Shown here: positions 13,401 through 24,407 of the stretch, in pieces
How the letters are laid out: each line of letters opens with the position of its first letter
How positions within the stretch are numbered: position 1 is the first letter of the stretch
From: Azolla caroliniana
Lineage: Eukaryota > Plantae > Polypodiophyta
Direction of reading: 5' to 3'
NCBI GenBank assembly: GCA_043228905.1
Contig: JBHGNT010000015.1
Coordinates: forward strand, 18,228,001-18,292,000
DNA: 64,000 nt
Position numbers and translations under genes: made by a program
The notes under the pieces: model-generated
Told to the model about the DNA's origin: nothing
The model's database searches: none
The model's input: the letters and a program-made list of their open reading frames with translations, nothing else

Positions 13401-14900
13401 GGGTGGTCAGGAAGGATAGTACATCGTGGTATGATTTGTCGTCATCTTGGATATCCAATTGGGGTGGAAGTTTCTCATGTGAAACTTATTGAGTGGGTAT
13501 CCAAAAGGTTGGAGGATAAGTTTATGTATTGGAGGTCTCAATTTTGGCCTTTTCATGTATGACTTAAGGTGGTCCAATTGATTATGGTCTCTATGGTATC
13601 TTATTATCTTCCTTTGTTCCCATGGTCAAAGAAAGCTCTTGAAATGTTGTCACGCTCGATGCGAATGTTGTTATGGAAAAGAAAAGGGAAAAATGCCTTG
13701 TCATGGTTGGCATGGGATCATGTTTGTACTCCGAAGTGCCTTGGTGGGGCATCAATATTGAATCTATATGAGCATATGGTGGCTCGTTGATTTACTTTCA
13801 TTCGATTCATGTTTGAAGGTGTACAACCTTGGACAGAAATGGTAGCATACTTTATAGAGAAGAACAGAATAAAGCTTGGAAACCTGAAGGTTGAAGCGAA
13901 TTGGTGGAATGTAATTAATTCGGACAGGGATGTCAAATGTACAGGGTCTATGATAGTTAATCATTTGTTGACATCTTGGCAAAGTATGTTGGATTTTGTG
14001 GAATGGCATCCCCCACAAGAAAGGGGATGTGCCAATTCATTACAAATGGAGGTTTTGGCAACATCAAGGTTGTTGAGGTGGGAAGGTAAACAAATTCTTA
14101 ACCTTCAATTTAATCGGATGGCTAGATTGGGTTTGGTAAGAGTTAAGGATGCTATGTTGGTTTCACAAAGAAGATTAATGGCTTTTCGAACAATAAGATC
14201 AACATTTCGTATTCCAAAAGGTTATAACTTTCTTTGGGATAAGTTGCAACAAATACTATCTTCGCATGAGCCAATTCCTGATTTAGATGGGCGATCTCAA
14301 GAGCTTGATTGGAGGTTTGTTGGAAATAAGAGATTGACTATGATCTCAACGAATGTTGCTTATCACAAGTTGATTGACAAAAATAAGTGGTTGGAAGAAA
14401 GGGTTATAAAGATATGGGGTTTTCATAAGCCCATTACTTGGTGGTTTCATGTGATCAAGGCATGTTGATGTTCTCGATTGATGCTACGAGCCAAGGTATT
14501 TATTTGGAGAGTTATGGTTGGAGCTTTACCATTAGGGGATGCATTAAAAAGAAGAAACATTACTAAAGGATTGTGTTTCTTTTGTTCGGTGGAATTGGAA
14601 CATAGTAGGCATCGATTTATTTCATGCTTGATGGCAAGGATGGTTTGAGGTGTATCAGTTTAGTGTGGATGTCTCTAACAAGAGTAAGTCTATCTTCCTT
14701 CAGTTGGGTTTTTGCACATATGGAGAACAATGAACCGATGCCTCATTTTCAAATTATTTTTGAGTTCTTGAGGTATTGGGGGCTATGGTTCAATTGGAAT
14801 ATGCGGAATGCCTTCATTTTTTATTTGCAAGTTGGGGTGAGAAAATATGTTCTTAAGTTAAAAGGACGTTCTTTTGTGGCAATTGACAGTGCTAGAGAAG
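10418..14900 (+). pseudogene. LINE-B ORF2 (endonuclease-RT-zinc finger)
   Basis: TWNVRGL, MGDFN, SRLDR, SDHFP; KSPGWDG, WRPISL, QGCPVSPLLF, LADD, HLGYP; CFFC...H...C. Interrupted by a MITE and stops; 3' end approximate. Confidence 0.92.
11219..11931. mobile_element. Non-autonomous hAT-type DNA transposon (MITE), 713 bp
   Basis: 12-bp TIR CATAGATTGACA...TGTCAATCTATG; 8-bp TSD CCTATATG (11211-11218, 11932-11939); AT-rich and non-coding. Confidence 0.93.
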
Positions 14901-15104
14901 TCACAAAATCTCAACCAAGAAGAGAGAGAACTCTGCAAGGTCACATATCATCATATTCGCCATTTGAATTGGTGTGTAGGGTGGCATTGAGTTTGGTGTC
15001 GTAGTTTTCTTTAGATCCCTAGATAGAAGGGGTTCTATAGTTTGTTGTAAGTTAGTCATGGTGGTGTTTTTTCTTTCGTAATGAAAGCCATTATTTACGA
15101 AAAA

Positions 15105-15188
15105 GAGAGAGAGAGAGAGACACACACACACATACACACACACATAGAGAAAGAAAGAAAGAAATAAAGAAAGAAAGAAAGAAAGAAA
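15105..15188. repeat. Compound microsatellite (GA)n(CA)n(GAAA)n; the (GAAA)n part is the probable (TTTC)n tail of LINE-C
   Basis: Direct reading; lies about 185 bp beyond the LINE-C stop on the minus strand. Confidence 0.8.
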
Positions 15189-16704
15189 TATTAACGTCTT
15201 CTAAGGCCAAAATTGGTCCATGAGACAATTGTTTTACAACAAAATGAGTATTTATCTAGTCATCATAACTAAAGTAAAATAAAGTGAAAATAGAACTTAA
15301 GCTAAAAGAGTTCTAGTAGTGTACAAAATGTGGTATGCTCGATAAAGGATGTTACTTTACACTAAGCCTAAATTTATTTCCACCCAAGCCTGTCGAAAAG
15401 AAGTGGGAGGTCAAAGGGTTTTGGTGTGGGTGTGACCCATGGTTCCAATGTAGAGAGTGCCCTAGCCATGGCTTCTAGGCGGTGTAGTTCACGTTCCCTT
15501 ATTTTCATTATTGCTTCTACACCACATCGAGTTGCTTTGAAACCCGACACCTGAGGATGTCTGGTTCTTCTTTGGTTTTCTGCCTCATCAAGGGAAAGGC
15601 TGAGTGGTGCAGGTGTGTCAACATTCGTTGTCTCCCCCTGTTCCTGAAAAACTTCATTTGTTACATGTTGGTGAACATCAACAACATTATTGTCAACATT
15701 TTGTAATGTATTCTCTGTGTGTTGTTTTAGCCCTAGAATGTATTTGCCTGATTTCTTTATATCTAGAGTATCTAATAGTTTGGGGAGGGTGGGAGAGGAA
15801 CCAAGTATGTCTTGGTATTTTGTCCTTATCTCGGCGTAGGTTGGACACTTGCATGTAAAGTGATACTCATCCTCTATCTCTATGTGGCATAACCTACATA
15901 TCCTTTCCTCCTTAGGGACTCCATTAGTACGCCCATTCTCAATCTCAAGTTGGTGAGATGATATTATAAGTTGTCCAATGGCAACCCTTAGTGCATGTGG
16001 TAAGAATACATCTAGATATTTTGGCCGCATCATAAAACCTAACTTAGAGAAGTGCATGAAGTGTTCCTTATAGTACAACATTTTAGATGGGAGTGGCTCT
16101 AGTGGGGTGATCCATTTATATTGAGTGTAAACTTGCCATATTTCTTGGCGTATTACTTTATTGCGGCCCTGATGAGAGATTGAAGTGTTATCAATCATGT
16201 GGTTGTACCTAAGGGGAGGTAGGTTATTAATGTCTAGACCATTCAAAAGAAGCCAACTCACCACCATGCCATACCATGAGCTAGTATAGCCGAACTCATA
16301 CAATGATCGAGAGGCCTTAAAGGTGTCAGAAACAGTACTAAGACAGAGAAGAAATTAGTACTAAAAGAAGTATTAGTACTAAGAGAGGTGAAGAACTCTC
16401 GAGAGAAGGAAAGAGTGAGTGAGAGGGAGGGAGGGAGAGATCGAGAGAGTGATGATAAGAAAAGATATATATTATGTGAAGAAAATGTACAGTAGCTAGG
16501 AGGCTTAAGACTGGCGTTGAACCGATTTGGTTCGAAATAATGCCTTGTGCCTCCTTTTATAGTGTTCTAAGGAATACTCTTGAAGTTTCTAGAATGTTCC
16601 AGAGAAATCTGGAATATACATCAATTTTCTATAATAAAACATAAATGAAAATAATATTCTACGTATTACAATGTATAGTCTAATGGTCAAGAGCTCGACC
16701 CATG

Positions 16705-19700
16705 CAACTACCAGCAGCTTCAAGATCTGCAATCAAAACAGGTAGTGTTCGGATTGCCCAAATTTAGTGGCCGAAAGGCACAAATTTGTGAAGCCTGCCA
16801 GCTCGGGAAGCAACACCGACTTCCTTTCCCCAACGAGCGAAACCGGAGCCGGAACAAGCTCGACCTTATACACTCCGATGTATGGGGGCCGGCACAAAAC
16901 GTTAGCCTTGGCGGGAGCCGATATTTCGTCTCCTTCATCGACGACCACACGCGGCACACGTGGATCTACCTCATTGAGAGGAAGAGCAAAGTCTTCGACT
17001 GCTTTCGGGACCTCAAAGGGTTCGTGGAAACGGAATCGGGACGAAAGATCAAGTGCCTGCGGTCGGATGGTGGGAAAGAGTACTTCTCCGGTCAATTCAA
17101 TGGTTATCTACAACACATGGGAATTCGGCGCGAATTCAGTTGTAGATACACGCCGGAGCAGAATGGCGTGGCTGAGAGGAAGAATCGGTCAGTTGTGGAA
17201 GCGGCACGGGCAATGCTGGAGGAGAAGAGCTTGCCCAAGTTCTATTGGGCCGAGGCGGTAAGGACCGCGGTATACATCCAGAATCGGATCAGAGACAAAG
17301 TGTCGGCGCACGAGCTATATTTCGGAACGAAACCGAACTTGCGACACTTGAGGGTGTTCGGTAGCATTGCGTATGTGCATATACCGAAGGAGAAAAGGAG
17401 GAAGCTGGACGCAAAGGCCGAGAAATGCATCTTGGTCGGTTACTCGGACGAGCAGAAGGGTTATAAGTGCTATAACCCTTGCACCAAACAAGCGCGTGTC
17501 AGCCGCGACGTTGTGTTTGACGAATCCGCGTCCTGGTACCTGCACCCGACTCCGAACCCTGCCCCCAATCCGAGCTCTGACGATGAGGTCAACGAGGCCG
17601 AGATGCCTCTGGATGAGCCTGAAATCGAGACCCGCAAAGAGAGTCCGATTTCACTCTGGTTAAGTGGACCGATTGGACGACTGAGTCGGTACGACCAGTC
17701 CGATGAAGAGCCAGCGAGTAGTGGAGACTCGGCCATGCATTCCCCGCGCAGGAAGCCGAGGAGACGGCTTACGCGCAAAGAGAAAGGGAAGAAGAAGGTG
17801 TCGGATTCCGGCATGGATAGGAACGAGTCAGACCGACGCGAGTCCGACTCCGAGGGAACCGGTGATGGGTCTTTAAAAGTGAAGTCCGCGTCGACCGAGA
17901 AGGCCTCGACATCAGCTAATGCGAGATTACACCGATCTACCCGCCAACGGATACAACGAGTACATGGCGCATCATTATGCATACATGACTTGTGTAGCGG
18001 AAGTGCGTAAGCCGGAGAGCTACACAGAAGTGGCTAAAGACGCGACTTGGCGTGCCGCGATGGAGGAAGAGATGCATGCATTGACGGAGAACGAGACCTG
18101 GGACCTGGTTGACGCACCAAGAGGGGTGAAACCGATCGGGTGTAGGTGGGTGTACAAAGTCAAGTACAACACCGATGGCTCGGTCAACCGATACAAGGCT
18201 CGGCTAGTGGCAAAGGGCTACGCATAGAAACACGACATCGACTACGATGAGACATTTGCGCCGGTCGCGAAAATGACGACCGTCTGTGTTTTGCTCGAAG
18301 TAGCCGCGGCCAAGGGGTGGCACCTACATCAAATGGATGTAAAGAATGCGTTCCTGCAAGGTGACCTTGAGGAACAAGTGTACATGGTACAACCCCCCGG
18401 ATTTCACTCTGGAACGAACTCCTTGGCAGTATGCCGACTGAAGAAGTCCCTTTACGGACTGAAGCAAGCCCCGCGTGCCTGGAACACGAAGATCACGCAA
18501 CAACTGCGTCGGATGGGCTTCGTCACATCAAAATCAAACTCTTCCCTGTTCATCCGGAAAGGTTGACTCGGACCGGTTAGTATTCTACTATATGTCGATG
18601 ACTTGGTCATCACCGGCGCCGACCTAGGTGAAATCGACCGCGTGAAGCTCCAGCTTGCAGCATCGTTCGACATGAAGGATCTGGGGGACCTTCATTACTT
18701 CCTCGGGATCGAAGTGATCCATACCCCCGAAGGCATATTGATCAGCCAACGTCATTACGTGCTGAGTATGCTCTTCAAACTTGGGATGGCCGATTGTAAG
18801 TCCATCTCGACTCCTCTGGACAGAACCATCAAGCTTCGTCCCGATACGGGAAAGGTATGCGACCCGACGAGGTTCCGACAAATTGTTGGAAGCCTCATAT
18901 ACTTGACCATCACCCGACCCGACCTCAGTTATCCGGTCGGGGTGATCAGTCAGTTCATGGCGCGACCTACCGAGGAGCACCTTCAGTGTGCGCAACGCGT
19001 ACTGCGGTACGTAAGCGGCACTAAGGACCGCGGACTGCTATATCGGACCGGTGCAACCGCGTAGTTAGTCGGCTACACCAATGCTGATTGGGCTGGCAAC
19101 GCCGCCGATCGCCGATCCACGTCCGGATACGCGTTCTCCCTCGGGAGTGCCGCGATCGCGTGGAGCAGTAAGAAGCAGCCGACAGTTGCACTGTCGAGCA
19201 CCGAAGCTGAGTACCGAGGAGCGGCTGCCGCGACATGCAAAGCCATATGGTTGAAGCGGCTACTTAAGGACCTACAAGAGGAGGTGTTAGATCCGACGAC
19301 GATCTACTGTGACAACCTCAGCAACATCCAGCTCACGAAAAACCCCGTTTTCCACGCACGGACCAAGCACATTGAGGTGCACTACCATTTCATCCGTGAG
19401 CGTGTTCTTTCCGGTGAAGTTGAACTTTAGTACGCGTTGACGGATCGGCAGACTGCCGACATCTTCACCAAGCCTCTTGGTCTGGACAAGTTGCGGCAAT
19501 TCTCAGGTGTGCTCGGGTTGCGTCACCTTGACGTGCCAAACTTGAGGGGGAGAACAGTCCCGAACGACCAAGCAAAGCAGCAGGAAAGGAGTGGAGGCCG
19601 CGACACCGAGTCGGTTGACTCGGCTGTTGACTCGGTTGTCGAGTTCGACTTCGGATCGGCTAAAGAAGCCGAGGGACCCGCGGAAAAGTCCGGAAGCGGA

Positions 19701-20491
19701 CAAAAGGGGAGCAGCCGAAGGAGAGAGACGAAGCCAACCACGAATTGGGAAGATGACGCCATCGAGGGCGAGAAGACCAAAGACAAGTTGGAGACAGCCA
19801 ACTCGGACGAGAGCGAAAACCGATCGGAGGTAGCCGAGTCGGTTCGGATGTTTGATTCAGATACGCTGAATCAACCAAGGCCCAAGCGGAAGAAAAGGCA
19901 ACAGGAGAAGCATCAACAGAGCAACAACAGAAGAGCTGATAAGGGCCGCATGAGTAGGCAAGCCGATCAGAAGGGTCGAAGCGCGCGGAGTCGAACAGGT
20001 CGAGGAGCACGAGCGAGGTGTGAAGCCAGGAGGAACTGGAGTTGTGAGCCCGAGGATCCCGAAGAGACTCGAGTTGAGCTTGAGGGGGAGTGTTGAGAGA
20101 CAAGCTCAACATCGGCCGGATCGGCTGAAGAAGCCGAGGACCGGATCGGTTGGGACCAATCGGTTAGGCCGAGTGCGTAAACCGGGAGGCCGTTAGGAAA
20201 GATATTCCGTGAGGAATATATTTGGGAGTTAGTGTAGGAGCTCTTAATGAGCCTTGAAGTACTGTCAGTACTTCAGTCAGTCCTTCGAGGACTTGTATAA
20301 AAGTGTTCATAGAACACACATATGTATATAGTAGTGAATTGGGATTGTGTCGTGGAACATAGTTCTGTATCTTCTCTCTCACTCTCTCTGTCTCTCCCAC
20401 GTATACTGCGTAAGCTCAAGCTCTCCATTAAACCTGAGTGTTCTTCCTTCTGTTCTGTCTTCATACTTGTTTCCGCACGCTACTTTCTACA
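16705..20491 (+). mobile_element. 5'-truncated Ty1/Copia (integrase-RT-RNase H-extension-PPT-3' LTR)
   Basis: CEAC, IHSDVWGP, LRSDGGKEY, QNGVAER; HQMDVKNAFL, LYVDD; TADIFTKPL; PPT GAGGGGGAG at 20082-20090; LTR 20091-20491. Several stops. Confidence 0.92.
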
Positions 20492-20748
20492 ATATTTCCG
20501 GAAGCAATGGGACGTCCATCAATGACTACTACAAAGGCTGGACACTGGAGTTTTCTTAGGGATATATTATGAGCTTGAGCAAATTTCTTATCCATAAAGC
20601 TAGAGTTAGCTCCGGAATCTAGGAGTGCTAGGACATGTACTGGAGGGGTACTTTTAGTACTAACTATTACTTGGGCTACGAACACATCACTAACTTGCTT
20701 AGAGGGAATGGAACCACTAATGGGCTGCACAGATCTAGGGCTGTCCAA
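20492..20748 (-). pseudogene. Chromovirus aspartic protease, truncated by the Copia insertion
   Basis: ALLDSGA motif. Confidence 0.88.
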
Positions 20749-20774
20749 CCAAACGGCTCCTATTTTGGCTGGAC

Positions 20775-21926
20775 TTAGTCGTTTAACTCTTCTTCTAACT
20801 GACTAAGGACATCAAATCTGTTTGTTAGATGTGGGTTATTAGTACTATTAGGTCTATCAGATATCCCTACTGAAATAGGCTCGGGTTTAGTACAATTAGA
20901 ACTAGTGACTATTTGGTTTACCTGTCTTCTTGGCCTATGGGGGCAATTTATTGCAATATGTCCTGGTCCACCGCAGTAAAGACATAGTCGATTTGTACGG
21001 CGTCGCTGCTTTTCTTCTTCGGATAATGGCCCTCGACGATGTGTAGTGTCAATCTCCATTGGAGTCGGAGTATTCGCTGGAGGCGCATTATATGACTCCC
21101 TCAGAAAAGGTCTTGATACCACTGAGGCGTAGGTGGGCTCTGATCTTGCCCTCGGCATCTGTAGCTGTCGTTCTGAACGTCGCTCAAAGAGGTGGTTGTC
21201 ACATCTCACCGCACGACTGATTGCTTCTGTTAAGGACTTTGGCTCTTCGGGGAAGGTCAAGAGTAAATCCTTGACGTTGTTGTGTAAACCATAACGGAAT
21301 TCCTCCATCAACGCTTGATCATCCCAAGGGATATCGGCGGTGAGTAGGCGAAAATCTGTAGCGTATGTAGAGGCTGGAAGGTCACCTTGGCGTAATTGCC
21401 GAATTTTGTTGATTGCGGTCCTGATGCTGTCAGTATCTCCGAAACATGCTTTAAACCCACCTAGAAACTCTTCAAAACTATTGAGTAACGGAGATTCCTT
21501 TTCTAATAGTGGAGCGAACCATGCCAACGCTGAGCCACTTAACAAAGTGCCTACTAAACCCACTCGTGATGCATCGGTGGGATATCGGGAAGGATGCATT
21601 TGAATAACTAATCGTACCTGGTTAAGGAACCCTCTAAATTGCGATCGCGTTCCATCGAACTTTGTGGGAAGGCCAATCTTGGGTTCTTTATGAATCCCTT
21701 GTGTTCCGAGCCCTTGTTGTTGCATCGCTACGATGGTGGCTTCGAGTTGTTGCACACATAACGCAAGTTCCCCATGCTGTTGTTGCGTTTGCTGCTTTTC
21801 TAAGGAGATTTGCTGAAGATCCCCGAACAACCGTTGGTTTTCTTGTTCCAAAGCATGTAACTTCTCTTTCAAGCATTGAAATTCCGAAAAAACAGATTGA
21901 TATTCTTTAGCGCTAACAATGGCCAT
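20775..21926 (-). CDS. gag: Chromovirus Gag (383 aa), intact
   Basis: PTKFDG, LRQG, PMEID and CLYCGGPGHIAINC knuckle. Confidence 0.92.
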   Translation of the reverse strand: MAIVSAKEYQSVFSEFQCLKEKLHALEQENQRLFGDLQQISLEKQQTQQQHGELALCVQQLEATIVAMQQQGLGTQGIHKEPKIGLPTKFDGTRSQFRGFLNQVRLVIQMHPSRYPTDASRVGLVGTLLSGSALAWFAPLLEKESPLLNSFEEFLGGFKACFGDTDSIRTAINKIRQLRQGDLPASTYATDFRLLTADIPWDDQALMEEFRYGLHNNVKDLLLTFPEEPKSLTEAISRAVRCDNHLFERRSERQLQMPRARSEPTYASVVSRPFLRESYNAPPANTPTPMEIDTTHRRGPLSEEEKQRRRTNRLCLYCGGPGHIAINCPHRPRRQVNQIVTSSNCTKPEPISVGISDRPNSTNNPHLTNRFDVLSQLEEELND

Positions 21927-23699
21927 GGGATGAAAGAAAAGAGGAATAAGAGATTAGTAGGAAATGAGAGAGACAGAAGGTAGGAAAATCGGTTCAAACT
22001 GTCAGAAACAATACTAAGACAGAGAAGGAATTAGTACTAAAAGAAGTATTAGTACTAAGAGAGGTGAAGAACTCTCGAGAGAAGGAAAGAGTGAGTGAGA
22101 GGGAGAGAGAGAGAGATCGAGAGTGATGATAAGAAAAGATATATATTATGTGAAGAAAATGTACAGTAGCTAGGAGGCTTAAGACTGGCGTTGAACCGAT
22201 TTGGTTCGAAATAATGCCTTGTGCCTCCTTTTATAGTGTTCTAAGGAATACTCCTGAAGTTTCTAGAATGTTCCAGAGAAATCTGGAATATACATCATTT
22301 TCTATAATAAAACATAAATGAAAATAATATTCTACGTATTACAATGTATAGTCTAATGGTCAAGAGCTCGACCCATGTAGCATAAGGTCATGGGTTCGAG
22401 TCTTGCCATATCGTGACAAAAGGCTTGATGAGATATTCTATCATGTGGTTGGCTATGTATCTTGTGAATAAAGACTACAAGTTGGAAGAGTGTCTCTAGT
22501 AACATTGGGGGTAACGTGAACTCAGCCCTAATAATGTCACGTGGTACTGTCGATTTGCTTCGGAGTTGGCATGATAACATCATCGCCAATGGTCTCTCTA
22601 ATTGCGTCCACATGAAAGATGGAATCCTGTATCCCAAACCACTGCATACATGAGGGAGGGGGTCACTAATGAGTCAAAGAGACACCCTTTAGTCCGTGGC
22701 TCTTGAAAGTATGCTTGGTGACATTGTCTCTCAAGTAGTGAGAGGGATGCATGTCCTCTCGTAAGTCTATCCTTCGCTACCCGTGTCATTTAAAATTTAC
22801 CTAAGCGGGCACTGAAAGTGACTCAGAGATAGACATATGATCCAACCACCTCAACTGGGCTATGGGAGATAGTTAGGTGACACTTGGCTCTAACTTGGGC
22901 CGATGTGTGGAAGACAAGGACTTTAGTTTTCCCTAGATTCACTACCAATTCTCGTTGTGCACAAAAGTCATCTAGGACATTAAGGTGCCTTTGTAGGTTG
23001 TGTTCGGATTTAGAGAGCAAAACTATGTCATCTGCATAGAGCAAGATACAAACCTGTGTATCCCCAAGGACTACTCCGTTGCCTCCCTTACGAGCAATAA
23101 AATTTGTGATCTCATCAATGTAGATCCCAAAAAGTGTCAGTGATAGGGGGAAACCTTGTTTTACACCAATAGTGCTAGTGAAACAATTAGATAGGCCACC
23201 TGGGCATCGGACACACCCGAGCACTTGTTCATATAGTGCGTAGATGGCCCATACCATATCATCTGGTATCTTCAAGCTTTTAAGCCTATCAAACAACCTC
23301 TCTCTAGGGACCGTGTCAAAGGCTTTGCGGAAGTCCACAAAATAGCAATATAATTTCTTCTTGCGAGCCTTAGTTTGCTCAATTAAGCATCTAAGTGTGA
23401 AGATATGATCAATAGTGGAGAAAGATCGTCTAAAGCCAACCTGTTTAGGTGCATGAAGATTTAGGGTCTCCATATAATCGCTAAGCTTTGCTTCCATTAC
23501 TGCACCATATAATTTTGCAAAGGTATGACTTATCATAATTGTCCTATATGTATTTGGGTCCATGGGGTCCCCCCCTTTATGTATGGGGACCACTGTGTTC
23601 ATAGTCCATTGTGGTGGAAAACCCTCCGCGAGGGCACGATTGAAGTTTAGAGTTAGCAAAAGAACAAGAACAAGATCTCGCTTTACGAGTTACTTTATC

Positions 23700-24407
23700 T
23701 CTCGTGTTTGTGAAGAAGGGACGAGATCCCATGTGTCGTTCTTGGAGAGTGCTTGCATCTCCTCATTCATCGCTTCAACCCATCTAGGGTTCTTTGCAGC
23801 TTCAGAAAAGGTTTCCGGTTCTCAAACTGTCACCACCTTCATCATGAATGCATTATGATATGCCATGTAGTCGTTGTGGCTGAATAGGTTGACTACGTTC
23901 TTTTCTCATGTGGAGCGACATAGTGCCCGGTGTCCTCATCATGGGCACATCCAGTCCACCATACTCAATGTTGGGTGAGTGGTCCGATTCATTTCTATCT
24001 CAGTCTTCATATTCAAGCATTTTGGCCTTTCCTTTGTCCTGTTTCGGACACGACCGCAACGTGCTTTGGTCGCTTGGAGGCTCTTGTGGTCCACTCAACC
24101 TGGTTGAGATTGGACTTTGCTTTGATGTGGGCCTCAGTTGATCATCCTCCTCTGCATGTGTCGAATTCGGTTTCGACTGTGTCAGATGGGGTTGATTCAA
24201 CTGTATACCAGGATGCTGACTCATTGAATATTACATCCCTACTCGTACCTTCTTGGTGGAGGGCTTGAAGCACTTATACCCTTTTTGCTCGAGTGAGTGC
24301 CATACTAGTATACATTTCTCCAACTTGGGATCGAGCTTCTGCCGCTTCTTGTCGGGAATATGTACATATGCAATTGAACCGAATATCTTGACCTGGGATA
24401 GATCCAG
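23700..24407 (-). pseudogene. Copia integrase C-terminus to RT start fragment
   Basis: KIFGSIAYVHIPDKKRQKLDPK, EQKGYKC, EPETFSEA, WVEAMNEEMQAL..NDTWDLVP. Confidence 0.85.

Larger units (their letters stand above)
8814..15104 (+). mobile_element. LINE-B: full-length L1/Tx1-type retrotransposon flanked by (GA)n
   Basis: 5' UTR, zinc-knuckle ORF1, ORF2 EN-RT-zf, short A5 tail followed by (GA)8. Confidence 0.88.
16324..22418 (-). mobile_element. Chromovirus-type Gypsy copy 1 (pol deleted, carries a Copia 3' half), TSD AAAGG
   Basis: 5' LTR 22000-22418; truncated 3' LTR 16324-16704; AAAGG at 16319-16323 and 22419-22423; gag and protease near-identical to copy 2. Confidence 0.92.
15149..23657 (-). 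mobile_element. LINE-C: 5'-truncated RTEX/L2-like LINE split by the 16324-22418 insertion
   Basis: RT at 22823-23659 (FVDFRKAFDTV, GVKQGFPLS, LLYADD); C-terminus at 15374-16303 (CRLC...EDEYHFTCKC); frame rejoins across TSD AAAGG (HQAFKASRSLYEFG). Confidence 0.88.
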
